NCBI GenBank assembly: GCA_017499595.2
Contig: CM038998.1
Span: 1,860,001 to 1,924,000, forward strand
Length of the DNA: 64,000 bases
Reading direction: 5' to 3'
From: Psilocybe cubensis
Lineage: Eukaryota
The position numbers and the translations under genes were made by a program. The number at the start of each line of letters is the position of its first letter. Positions within the stretch are counted from its first letter, which is position 1. Of this stretch, positions 53,368 through 64,000 are shown piece by piece. The notes beneath the pieces are model-generated. The model saw only the letters and a list, made by a program, of their open reading frames with translations. It did not search any database and was not told the origin of the DNA.

Positions 53368-53557
53368 AAAGTTCTACGAAGGAAAGCGTGTTGTAACGCG
53401 TTGGCGTAACTAGAACAAACAAATCAAATCTGAGCTCTGACCCAAGTCCTCGGCAAATTAAGACCATCGGCTGCGCTCCGCTGTTTCCTCAAATCCTCAA
53501 CTGCCTCATATTCTTATACCCGTCGAGGAGGCACACTTGACTATATAACACATACTA

Positions 53558-56500
53558 ATGTATGTCATTCGTTCAATTATCTACCTAGTTGCTCATGCCC
53601 TCATTGAAGGTTCGCCAGTGGACGTCAGCGACCAGGCGCTGGTTTTGATGTTGACGAGGAGATTCATTATCCAACTCGTCCTGTTGACAAGGATAAAGCA
53701 GAGGCTGAATTGGTTATAAACATAAAGAAGGCAACAAGTCCTGAAGAAACTGCTCCCAAGCAGAAACACGTTAGGAGTTCGTCGAACTTACACCTGCTTA
53801 ACTTCGTTCTGACGTTTCAAACAGAGTGTATCGTTTACACCTGGGATTATCATTCATCGATTTCTTTCTGGAGCGGTTTGAGAGTACAGCCTATCCTGGC
53901 TGACGAAGTACAGACCTTCAAGGCCCTGATCACTGTGCACAAAGTTCTGCAGGAAGGACACCCAATCGTATGCGTCATGTTGGCAGTGTGTCTATTCGTG
54001 TATTTAATGACATTCGCTTCAGACTCTCAAAGAAGCTCATGGTCAAACCGCATGGCTGGAAACATGTGCACGAACTGTTGGGACAGATGGTCAAAGGGGT
54101 ACGCCATAGCACATCCACCTTTGGACTGGGTTCACCTGTTTCATGACAGGTTATGCCCCTCTCATCAGGACTTACGTCCAATTTATCTTGGCCAAACTTC
54201 GCTTCCATCGTCTCCGTCCGGAATTTAATGGCCTGTTTGAATACGAAGAATATGTTACCTTGAAGGGCATCGATGACCCTAATGAAGGGTAAGTAATTAC
54301 CAAGTATTTGATACCGACACTGACCACGTTGTAGCTATGAAACCATTTCAGACCTCATGGGCCTTCAAGATCAGATTGAATCCTTCCAAAAGACTGTCTT
54401 TTCTCATTTCGGCAATTCAAGTAACAATGAATGTCGAATTTCTGCTCTAGTTCCTTTAGTAAAAGAAAGTTGGGGTATTTATCGATTCATAACCAGTATG
54501 TTGAGGGCCATGTTTAGAAGTAAGTGGCAAATATCGATAATCTGTCCATATGACTTATAAACTTTTAGGAACGAATGATCAGGACGCCCTGGAACCGTTG
54601 CGAGAAAGATATATATCACAGCACTACAATCTTCGAAAGTTCTACTATGAGTGCTCCAACCTTAAATATCTAACTGGTCTCATTAACGTGCCTAAACTGG
54701 GCCACGTGAGTTTAAACCTGCTTGATTAGATTGTGTACAACTCACCTTACATTTCAGGAACCCCCAAATCTTTTGGATTCTGGCGATACACCAGATCTAC
54801 CTGCCCGACCTAAACCATCAACAGCGAAACCTTCCACCCCGCTTCCTGCTTCGTTATCACCAAGTGCAGCAGAAATTGACGAACAGGCACGTCTTCTTAA
54901 GGAATACGAAGACAAGCAGGCAGCGCTTCAAGCACAACGAGATGCAGAAGAACGACGTCGCCTCGAAATTGAGCAGCAGCAACAACGGGAATTTGAACAA
55001 CGTCAATTGCAGCAAGCGGAAGCCCAGAGATTAGCTCAGGAACAATTAATGCAGCAGCAAATGATGTACAACAACCAAGCTGTGCAGCAGCAGCAAGGTG
55101 AACTGGAACGAGAACTTCTAGCCATGCGGGGTCAATATGAGAGCGACCAAATCTTTTTGGAGCAATATGACCGGGTAAGCAGCTACAGTTTGTCTCATTT
55201 ACGTTTCTCATAAAATCTATAGCGTGTAAAAGCCCTTGAAGCTGAATTAAGCGGAGTTAACGCCCATATAAACACACAACTTGCCACTAAAGATGAACTT
55301 ATCAAACAATTGCAGGATCAGGTCACCCTATGGCGTAATAAGTACGAGGCCTTGGCTAAACTCTATAGCCAACTCCGCACGGAACATTTAGATATGCTAT
55401 CCAAATTCAAGCAAATGCAACTGAAAGCCAATTCCGCACAAGAAGCGGTTGATCGTATGGAGAGGATGGAGCGCGATTTGAAAGCAAAAAACTTAGAACT
55501 GGCGGATATGCTCAGAGAACGTGATCGGGCACGCTTCGATATCGACAGGCAGAAGTCAACCCACAAGGAAGAAATCGACAGGCTCCGTCGCGAGCTTGCC
55601 TTTGCAAACGAGCGAGCTGAAGATAGTTCTCGTTCCAAGAACTCCGAAGTGTCCAATGTCATGTCAAAATACAATAGACAGTTGTCAGAGCTCGAGGACT
55701 CTCTTCGCGTACGTTGTATCCTCAGTTTTACCTTGCTTGCTTTATTCATTCGGTAATAGGCTAAGCAAATGCAAATTGATGACCTGCTCGTCAAACTCAA
55801 CAATTCAGCAGGTGATTTGGAGCGATTGAGAGACGAAAAAGATCAAGAAATTATGATTCTCCAAGCTGGTATGGACAGCACTATTGAACAGCTATCAGAA
55901 GCCCAACAGGTATCTTCATTCCATTTTTTGCGCACTTTGCGAACTTAATGATTTCTTGTTTAGAACAAAGATCTGATCGATAAAACTACTGATGCCCAAA
56001 TTGATACGCTTATTCTCGATAACCGCAAAAAATTGAACCAAATTATTGGCAAGTTGATTGTATTATCAACAATTGTACAGCATCCTCATATGTTTTATTT
56101 TTTTAGATTCAATTTTACAAGCATGTGTTCACAAGGTCGATGATGCTATCTATGAACTAGAATCACCCAGTCAGGCAGGCAATCTCAATTCAACCCCAGA
56201 ATACACCCTCTCTATGATCGAAAAGTCGATGAACAATGCCACAGAGTTTGCGACGATTTACAATCTTTACTTAGGAGGTGAAGTTGGTGGGGACCATGTT
56301 GACGTGATTAAATCTGCAAATGAATTTGCTCAATCACTTTCGGATGTCCTGATCAACACCAAAGGCATAACCCGCCTTGCCAGTGACGATGACGCATCCG
56401 ATAAAATTGTCAATGTTGCTAAAACGGCCGGAGATGTTGGGCTGCGGTTCTTTGAAAACCTCCAATCATACAAGCTCGACCTTTTACAGCCATCACAACG

Positions 56501-57341
56501 CAAGGAAGTCGCGATGCGGAATAATAGCCAAGCTCGCACCGCACTCACCAAGCTGTCGGAAGTCGTAGATGGTTTGATTCCCAAAGGAAAATCCAATGCG
56601 CTGGCACGTGCAAACGGCGATTTAGGCGATCTTGTTGAGCAAGAAATGTCAAGCGCTGCCCGGGCCATCGAAGCTGCCACGGAGAGGTTGCAGGAACTTA
56701 TGTCTCGTCCAAGGGATTCCACTCGCTATAGTGCCATTGACCTTCAAGTCCACGACTCTATTCTTTCTGCCGCCATGGCCATCACCAACGCTATTTCTCG
56801 ACTGATCAAGGCTGCTACAGATTCTCAACAGGAAATTGTAGCTCAAGGCAAAGGATCCAGTACGACACAACAATTTTATAAGCGCAACAATCGTTGGACG
56901 GAAGGTCTCATTTCTGCAGCCAAAGCAGTCGCATTTGCTACTAATTTGCTCATTGAAAGCGCCGACGGAGTCTTGTCTGGTACTCACTCACTTGAGCAAT
57001 TAATCGTTGCCTCGAACGAAGTTGCCGGTGCAACAGCACAATTGGTTGCTGCTTCTAGAGTAAAGGCGAACTTAATGTCCAAGACGCAAGAACGCCTTGA
57101 ACTTGCTGCCAAAGCCGTAACAGCAGCTTGCAAGGCACTTGTTCGACAAGTCAAAGCCGTATCTGCGAAGCAAGTGGAGGAGGAGGATGTCGACTATAAA
57201 AACATGGCGGTCCTTGAGTTCAAGACGAGGGAGATGGAACAGCAAGTCGAGATCCTCAAATTAGAGAAGGAATTGGGCGCAGCTCGACATCGCCTAGGGG
57301 CAATGCGGCGTGCAGGATACCACACCGAGGAGACTGATTAA
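53558..57341 (+). CDS. SLA2: Sla2/End4 (HIP1R) endocytic adaptor: ANTH, coiled-coil and I/LWEQ domains
   Basis: IKKATSPEETAPKQKHVR, DEVQTFKALI.VHKVLQEGHP, WRNKYEALAKLYSQLR, FYKRNNRWTEGLISAAKAVA, EMEQQVEILKLE. Confidence 0.96.
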
Positions 57342-57667
57342 ACATATTACTGTAGTGTTTTGTGTTCACTTTTAATCAATTTTATGCTGTTTAATGAATG
57401 AAATAGTTGCAAAAGAATGAGTGGTAGTGAAGAACGAGTGTAAGTAGTGATACTGCGGTAGTTATTGGAGAATTAACCGTCCAGAGTAAATATGACAATA
57501 AAAAAGGAATGCACCTGTGTAAATAGTAATAACAAGAGAACGAACGATATTAGCACAAGGAAGTGGTGGTTACTACAAACAAGTAAAAAAACAACTACCG
57601 ACTCGAGAAATTATTTGAGAATAAGGAAAACAGTGATACGAAAAAAATTCAAGGGGTAACCAAAAAA

Positions 57668-60199
57668 TCAAGAATCGGTCCGCGTAGAATCAAAGGATTC
57701 CCTCGCAAGATCCAAGAAACTTGAATTTATCTGCTCATCTACGTGTTCAGGCTCGGTTTCTTGATCCGTATCATCATCAATGTCAAGAAAAGACGCTTTC
57801 CGCATAATGGATCGACGATGCATAGCCTTTTCTACCGTAGAGGTTCGTGCAGAACCTGCTTTCATATTTTTTGCACTGAGGGGTCCTCGCATACGAGATG
57901 CTTCCAAAACCTCAGGCTGAGTTATTAATGTAGGGCGTGGGCGTCGGGGTGGAGGCGGTAGACTGATGAGCGCAGGAGATCTCGGGCGAATAACAGTCAC
58001 CTGACTGACGGCTGAAGATGGCGCCTGAGCAAAATTGTCATCAGGAATCACAGAAAAGTCAAATGGTTGAGGTATAGGAGGGGATGCGGGGATTTTCTTG
58101 GCAGATGCACCACTCGCTTTTGCTGCATAATTTGACCTAGAAGGTGGTGGTGGTGGTGATAAACCTATGGGTATGACTTCAGAATCGTTGTCCAAATCTG
58201 AAGCATTTGTCGTGGAAGACAACACTGAAAACCCTCGAGGCCTGGCAGGCTTAAGTGGGGAGCTCTCTACGCTTGCCTCAAATTTAGCCAAATCCGCCTT
58301 CGACATAATGGCCTGTGGTGTATACTCAATTGGACGAGCAGGGCTACTTGACATATTTTCCGAAGAACCTTCTTCCCAAAAGGATGAAGTCGGTATTGAC
58401 TTCGCCGAGGTTTTCCATAGTTTGTGAGGACCGCTGTGTGAGTCTGCATCAGAACGCGTGCTGAAAAGAGAAAATGAATCGTCATCCGCGGTTGATGATG
58501 CCTGAGCCGTTGACGGACGATTTTGACTGGAATGAGAGAATAATCTCTTTCTACCCGTCGAACTGGCAGTGCTCGTCCTTCTTCGCTCCAGGGTTGGCGA
58601 TGTCACGGAATCAGAGGATGAAGGGAAAGGCATAGGGGTAGACTTTGAAGTTGACGCCAGTGAAGGTAGGGGAATAGGAGGAACAGGTAAACGAGGATGT
58701 TGAAAAGTACGCTGCTTTCGCGTCCCTTTTTCCTTCTCAGTGTGAGATTCTGGTGGCGTCTTAGGCGTTGGAGGCGCAGACGTGTGGATACGACGGGATA
58801 GCGATTGCTGTGACAAAGCCTTCTTCAAAGTCCGAGGCGAATTTGGTGCAGTTCGGGGTTCGTTCTCAAACATGCTAATCTCTAGTTCGTCATAAGTCAT
58901 TTGGGAGAAAATGCTGCGACCAGAAACCCTTTTGTCTTCGTCCGGGTATGCAAATGGAGGGTTGGCAAACATGTCGTTTGTTAATGATATGGCAGAAGAA
59001 AATGACATGGACGACGAAATAGGTGATTCCATCTGACTATGTGGACTAGAAGGTCTAGTTGTTGAATCTTTACTTTGAGGCCGAGGTGGTGGAGGGAGAC
59101 GATGGGTGGGAGGGGCACTGGGAGGGTGATACAGGCGCGACGACGATGGCTGTCGTATTACAACCCTCGGGGAGACCGGTCGCTCATGGACGCCAGATGA
59201 TTCTAATGAAAATGGGCCATTGTTCGATGTCGGTGATTTTTGGATCATTTTACGTGCCCCAGAATGCTCTTCAACAAAGAAACCTGCCTGATGTGATGCA
59301 GCGGTGTCGGTCATCCCCCTCGCACGTCGTTTCGGTCCTGTCAGACCATCCACAGAATTTTTTAAGTAAGAGTCGTTGCCCGTCGTTGCTGAAGAACCGG
59401 ACCTATTTCTGGATATCGTTGACGGCAAAAGGGACCCCAATGTCTGCAATTGAATGGATGATTTCGTTTGAATATTTGGGATGGAACGTCTGTAAAAGGC
59501 ACATTTAGCTCTAGATACCGACATTGACAACGAAAGCACCAACTTGTTGTGTAGTTCCCTGAACTCCTGCTTTTCTTTAGCAGAAATGGGGGAATTCATG
59601 TGGGGAATATCAAGAGCATGATTGTGCGAATTTGAGGAAGAAGAGGCATAAGAAACTCGGTTGAAGGTCGGGGGATCTCCTTTCCTCTGTACGAGGTCAG
59701 TGACAGAGGAATTCGAATACGCGGATAAGCGATTGGGATCCGACGGTAAATGTGGTACAGGAACGGCAATCATCGGGCGGCCAGCAAATGGGTCGGTGTC
59801 AGATAAAGTTAGTAGGGAGTGTCGGTGGTCCCTTTGAGAGTCAACGGGGGTGCGGGGCATAGAATCGACCCTGGAGCGGGTAGAGGAGGTTGATTTGGCC
59901 GTTGAGGTTGGTCGTGTAGATTCGGAAAGAGGAGACGGTGATGGCAAGGATACAACATTTGCATTATTATTCGTGGTCATAGGAGGGTCTTGAATTGCAA
60001 GAGAGGGATGTGGTTTTTTCGACTTGAGGCCAATAGCGGAGGCAAAAGAGGTGAACTTGCCCGAAGACTTAACTTGGGGCGCTGGTCGTTGGGACTGGCC
60101 ATCCTGCACATATTTTTGACGGAGGTCCTTGGAGCTGGTAGACTTGGAAATTGACCACCATTGTTTCGCGGGATCTGCTGAAGGCAGAGCAGAAGGCAT
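57668..60199 (-). CDS. Ser/Pro-rich intrinsically disordered hypothetical protein (probable in-frame intron near 59490-59545)
   Basis: Open frame of about 850 codons with short ordered-looking islands (LLTLSDTDPFA, EYTPQAIMS, IMRKASFLDIDDD, SFLDLARES). Confidence 0.75.
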   Translation of the reverse strand: MPSALPSADPAKQWWSISKSTSSKDLRQKYVQDGQSQRPAPQVKSSGKFTSFASAIGLKSKKPHPSLAIQDPPMTTNNNANVVSLPSPSPLSESTRPTSTAKSTSSTRSRVDSMPRTPVDSQRDHRHSLLTLSDTDPFAGRPMIAVPVPHLPSDPNRLSAYSNSSVTDLVQRKGDPPTFNRVSYASSSSNSHNHALDIPHMNSPISAKEKQEFRELHNKLVLSLSMSVSRAKCAFYRRSIPNIQTKSSIQLQTLGSLLPSTISRNRSGSSATTGNDSYLKNSVDGLTGPKRRARGMTDTAASHQAGFFVEEHSGARKMIQKSPTSNNGPFSLESSGVHERPVSPRVVIRQPSSSRLYHPPSAPPTHRLPPPPRPQSKDSTTRPSSPHSQMESPISSSMSFSSAISLTNDMFANPPFAYPDEDKRVSGRSIFSQMTYDELEISMFENEPRTAPNSPRTLKKALSQQSLSRRIHTSAPPTPKTPPESHTEKEKGTRKQRTFQHPRLPVPPIPLPSLASTSKSTPMPFPSSSDSVTSPTLERRRTSTASSTGRKRLFSHSSQNRPSTAQASSTADDDSFSLFSTRSDADSHSGPHKLWKTSAKSIPTSSFWEEGSSENMSSSPARPIEYTPQAIMSKADLAKFEASVESSPLKPARPRGFSVLSSTTNASDLDNDSEVIPIGLSPPPPPSRSNYAAKASGASAKKIPASPPIPQPFDFSVIPDDNFAQAPSSAVSQVTVIRPRSPALISLPPPPRRPRPTLITQPEVLEASRMRGPLSAKNMKAGSARTSTVEKAMHRRSIMRKASFLDIDDDTDQETEPEHVDEQINSSFLDLARESFDSTRTDS

Positions 60200-60725
60200 A
60201 TGATAGACAGAGATCAGACTGGACACATATAGGTTAGAAAAGAGTGTGATAGAAAGAAAGACAGCGACTTGTCATGACTGACGGAAAACAAAATGGGAAT
60301 CCTCAGCGCTTGGCACCCACGCTGCTACTGACTTACCTCCAACCGCGTATAAAACTCCCGACTTCCTATCAACGCGTCGCCATGCAAGAAAAAATATTCT
60401 CACTCCCCATTCCCATCTGCCGCCCACATTGCACTACAACCATCGTGCATACAAATACCCGCCTTGCTCAAGACACTTTCTGTTCAACACTGGACATCAG
60501 TCACTTTTCGTTCCATGCCTTATCCAATCCAATATCCACCCATCATCATCATCATTTCCAATTTCATCATTCCCATGTTTAAGAACCCATCATTCAGCGC
60601 ACACATATTTTATTTTGATGATTTCGAATTTTCTGATTAGACTGGGAATTTAACGATTGCGGTATATATCCCTCCTCCATGTCATTACTGTAGTTATACA
60701 AATAGATGGTTCTGTAGTCGGTTAT

Positions 60726-61681
60726 TTATCCAAGTTCTGCCCACACATCCTCCGTGTCCCTGTCACGAAGAGCCTGCGCAGCGCGGGGCATCGGTGTGGT
60801 TGTCTTTGGTGTATTATCTGGCCTTTGTGCATCGAACAGCACAGAGTTCCGGACTAGCGGCCTACTCAATTCTCCGTCAACTTCGTCCTCGCTCTCATAC
60901 TCGAGATCTAGGAACCCTGCCCGTCGGGCAGCATTTATATCTATGGGCTTCGGTCTCGAAAAGATTGATTGCCCGGATCTAAAAGTCCATTCCTCAATGT
61001 GAACTCAACGAGTAAAAGACGAGATCACCCACTGTCTCATTACGGCTGCAAGACGCCCAAATTGGAGGACATTACGGGCCACTAGCAACAGTGTATCGAA
61101 GATTGCTTCTTCTTTACTACCAGCTCCGCACTTCGCAAAAGCTAGAACTAGCAGCGTAAGTGCGCAGAATATTGTCAATATCAGGTCGACAATGTTAAAC
61201 GGAGATTTCCAAAATTGCTTGAAGATGCCCATGTGAGCAAAGATAAAAAATGTGGCAAGAAGTACTGGTACCTTTCCGAGGGCAACAAATCGTACTCCAA
61301 CTTCCAGGATCATAGATACGTTGATGATTATTTCCAAGATGTAGAAAGCTAGACCTGGGCAGCCGTCGGTCAAGCTCAACACCACTGTCGTCACTGACAA
61401 TGCTGCCATCGCCAGGTAGAGCACAATATAGACTCTAGAATGCACAAAACGATTGGCAACGCCTCTCGTAATTTCCCCACGAGTGAGAGCGTAGATGGAA
61501 CGGGTGCCAGCTCTGAAAGTGTCCCAATTTGAGTGAGTCGATGGCCTCATTAGGCGGAACGAGAGTGGACTAACGTTGGTGTTGGAGGTTCATAATTGTT
61601 TGACAGCGGGGAGTCTCTATTCAGTGCATCATATTCTCCCCCGTACTCAAGATCCCGATTATGTGCTGTTGACTGGGACAT
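60726..61681 (-). CDS. Small 4-TM protein resembling an isolated voltage-sensor (Ion_trans S1-S4) domain, no pore
   Basis: FVHSRVY..., S2 FYILEIIINVSMILEVGVRF, S3 FWKSPFNIVDL, S4-like LLLVARNVLQFGRLAAVMRQ; ends EDVWAELG*. Confidence 0.75.
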
Positions 61682-61915
61682 GGAGAAAGTTGCAACGCAG
61701 TGCCTACATAGGCAAAACGTCTCGCCTCCCGACGTCGCGGTGTTCACACACACATGACAACTGGAAGGCTTTGCCAAGCAAAGACAAATAGTTGGCACAG
61801 AGTCCAGTGCGACCGAGCACTGGGGCTTTGAGCCTTAACATCATTGTCTGGTGCTCTTGGCAGCTCTGCCCTTCTTCACAAACTCATCCTGCGTAGCTAA
61901 AGAAGATTTATCAAA

Positions 61916-63320
61916 ATGGGAGGTGGCGACCTTAACATGAAGAAGAGCTGGCATCCGCTGCTCCTGAAGAATCAGGAGCGGGTGTGGCTGGAAGAGAAGA
62001 AGGCGGTGAGTCAACGTGTCTCTGACGCATCTGCTAGATATTCAAAATATTTTATGGTAGCTCGAGGAAAAGAAGAAATTGGACCAGCTTCGCAAAGAAA
62101 AAGAGGAAGAACGTCAGCTCCAAGAACTTCAGAGACTCCAAGAAGAACAGACAGGCAAGAAACGTACCGAAAAGTTGGAATGGATGTATGCAACTCCCGC
62201 GACTGGAAGTAATCAAAATCCAAATGATTTAGAGGATTATCTCCTGGGAAAGAAACGGGTCGACAAAATCTTGACCGGAGACGAGAATGACAAGGTAGTC
62301 AGACTTCTTCGTCCTTGTAATATGATAAATCTCATTCTGTGTTAGGTTGGAGCATCCCATAAAAACTTCATTGCCGTTCAAAACGCCAATACTTCTCGCG
62401 ACATTGCTGCCAAAATTAGAGAAGACCCATTATTGGCTATTAAACAGCAAGAACAGGCTGCGTATCAAGCACTCTTATCCAATCCTCTCCGCCTGGCAAA
62501 GATGCAGAAGGAACTAGGAGTTAAGCCCAAGAAAGACAAAAAGGAAAAGAAGAGGGCAAAAGAGGAACGAAGGCGACTGAGACATGAACATAAGCACGGG
62601 CGCTCGGGTTCGCGTAGTCCGAGAAGAGTTGACAGAGACAGATCGCCGCTCTCAGACGATTACCATTCCTCGAAACATACTCGAAGCCCACGTCGCCGTT
62701 CACGTTCACGTTCACCCTCATCTTACCGCCGGCGTGACGATAACTATTCTGAAAAACCCCGGAGGTATAGCCCCGAGGTTGAACGAGGGCGAAGCAGAAG
62801 CAGAAGCAGAAGTCCCCGACCTCGTCGAAGAGACGACTCAGAAAAACGCTATCGCAGCGGTCGATCGCCGTCTGTCGAGCGTTATAACTCACGACAAAAT
62901 GGCAGGCATTATCGCCAGTCATCGCCATCTCGATATAATGCTTCTGTCAAGCGAGATCGTACCCACAGTCCGCGACCCAGGAGTCCGCCTCCTAAACGCA
63001 TTCGTTCTGGACGTTCACCCTCTCCTACCAGCATTCCTCCGCCTCGAGCATCTAGTAACAAGTTTGACGAAGATCGGGCAGCTCGGCTTGCTGCTATGTC
63101 CGCTAATGCCACAGCGATGTCTGAAGACAGACAAAAACGCCTGGCAGCTCTGCTGGAGAAAGAGAAAGCTGAATTAGAAGCCGATGAGCAAGCCAGAGCC
63201 AGGTCAAAGGGTATGTCTGGGTATTTGAGTCAGGAACAGAAACGAGTGTTCGGTGGGTTGGGAGGACTGGAGGATAGGATCAAGAGGGGACGAGGCGGCA
63301 TGGTTGTTGATGCGGACTAA
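61916..63320 (+). CDS. CWC25: Pre-mRNA splicing factor Cwc25
   Basis: [47 protein letters not shown]-rich tail. Confidence 0.95.
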
Positions 63321-64000
63321 AGATGAACATATGTATTGTTATAATACTTTTTCTGTAAGTACTGGCGCTTCAAATCGTGTCAAAATCCAATGCTAAGGTG
63401 AACGTGTAGTGATTGTCGTTCTATGCTCTCGCTGTGGCGTGGACATGTATTTGTATCTGTAATTCCTACCGGCCCGTTGAATTATACTTTATAATCTCCG
63501 CCGCTACTTTCTTTCTTTAAGTACAACTTGTGCTCAAAGGTACGACCCTACCTTCCGCTCTACTCTAACTGTGATGCCTCCCCGTCGCGCGCCGTCTCTC
63601 GTGTCAGTCACACAGTCAAGGGCCCCGAGCCCTAACCCCCCTGAAGAGGACGAGGTATGCATGTCTAGTGTGAAGGCTCTCGGGTTCCACATAAGCAGTT
63701 TCGTTTTCTCCAGGTCCTGTTCTTTGATACAGTCGATGAACTCCAACAACACGTAATTTTCCCCCAGAAAACACCATATATGCGTGTCTAACTGACGTGT
63801 TTTCAAGGGAATCAATATGCAGGATATCTTGAAACTCAAGGTGGAATTTCCTCAGCAATTTGTAGCATCATAAACTAATATATCTGTGCATAGTCTGCCT
63901 CCATCAATACAGTTTCTGGGGTTAACATGACTACTCGTCGCCAAATGTTAAAGATTAAGGTCATTTGGCCGCATATATTCACAGTCATCATGGATTGTTG

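Noticed and set aside
62791-62812. (GCAGAA)n repeat, and (ACTCCA)n near 42698-42719
   Set aside because: Ordinary coding microsatellites for RS and TP dipeptide runs.
63534-64000. Two overlapping minus-strand ORFs at the window end
   Set aside because: I could not build a consistent spliced frame or recognise a family. It may be a truncated gene end, but this is unsupported.
1-64000. Pheromone/receptor (B locus) genes, CRISPR arrays, rRNA, autonomous transposons
   Set aside because: I saw no STE3-like receptor, credible CAAX pheromone precursor, repeat-spacer array, rRNA or transposase/RT motif. The 7-TM gene here is PTM1-like, not STE3.

Overview
Intron-rich, gene-dense eukaryotic DNA from an agaricomycete (mushroom-forming basidiomycete) fungus; the species cannot be fixed from the sequence alone. 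The window holds the homeodomain (HD / 'A') mating-type locus in its classic arrangement MIP -> <-HD1 | HD2-> <-beta-fg, with a single, apparently intact, divergent HD1/HD2 pair. The known linked genes glycogenin, YPL109C/Cqd1-like ABC1 kinase and RPB2 follow, then housekeeping genes (REV7, SNX4, PTM1-like, OYE, MFS, NDUFA9-like, BDP1, MED5, SURF1, SLA2, CWC25). The most striking unexplained structure is an 88-bp near-perfect palindrome in the shared HD1/HD2 promoter. It has 37-bp perfect terminal inverted repeats and an exact 9-bp target-site duplication, so it looks like a recent MITE insertion. Other points of interest: a pore-less voltage-sensor-like protein, an intron-split start codon in SLA2, several GC-AG introns, an unusually long and possibly structured intron, and an orphan MCB-like motif cluster. 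Gene models were spliced by eye; coordinates span start to stop codon including introns.
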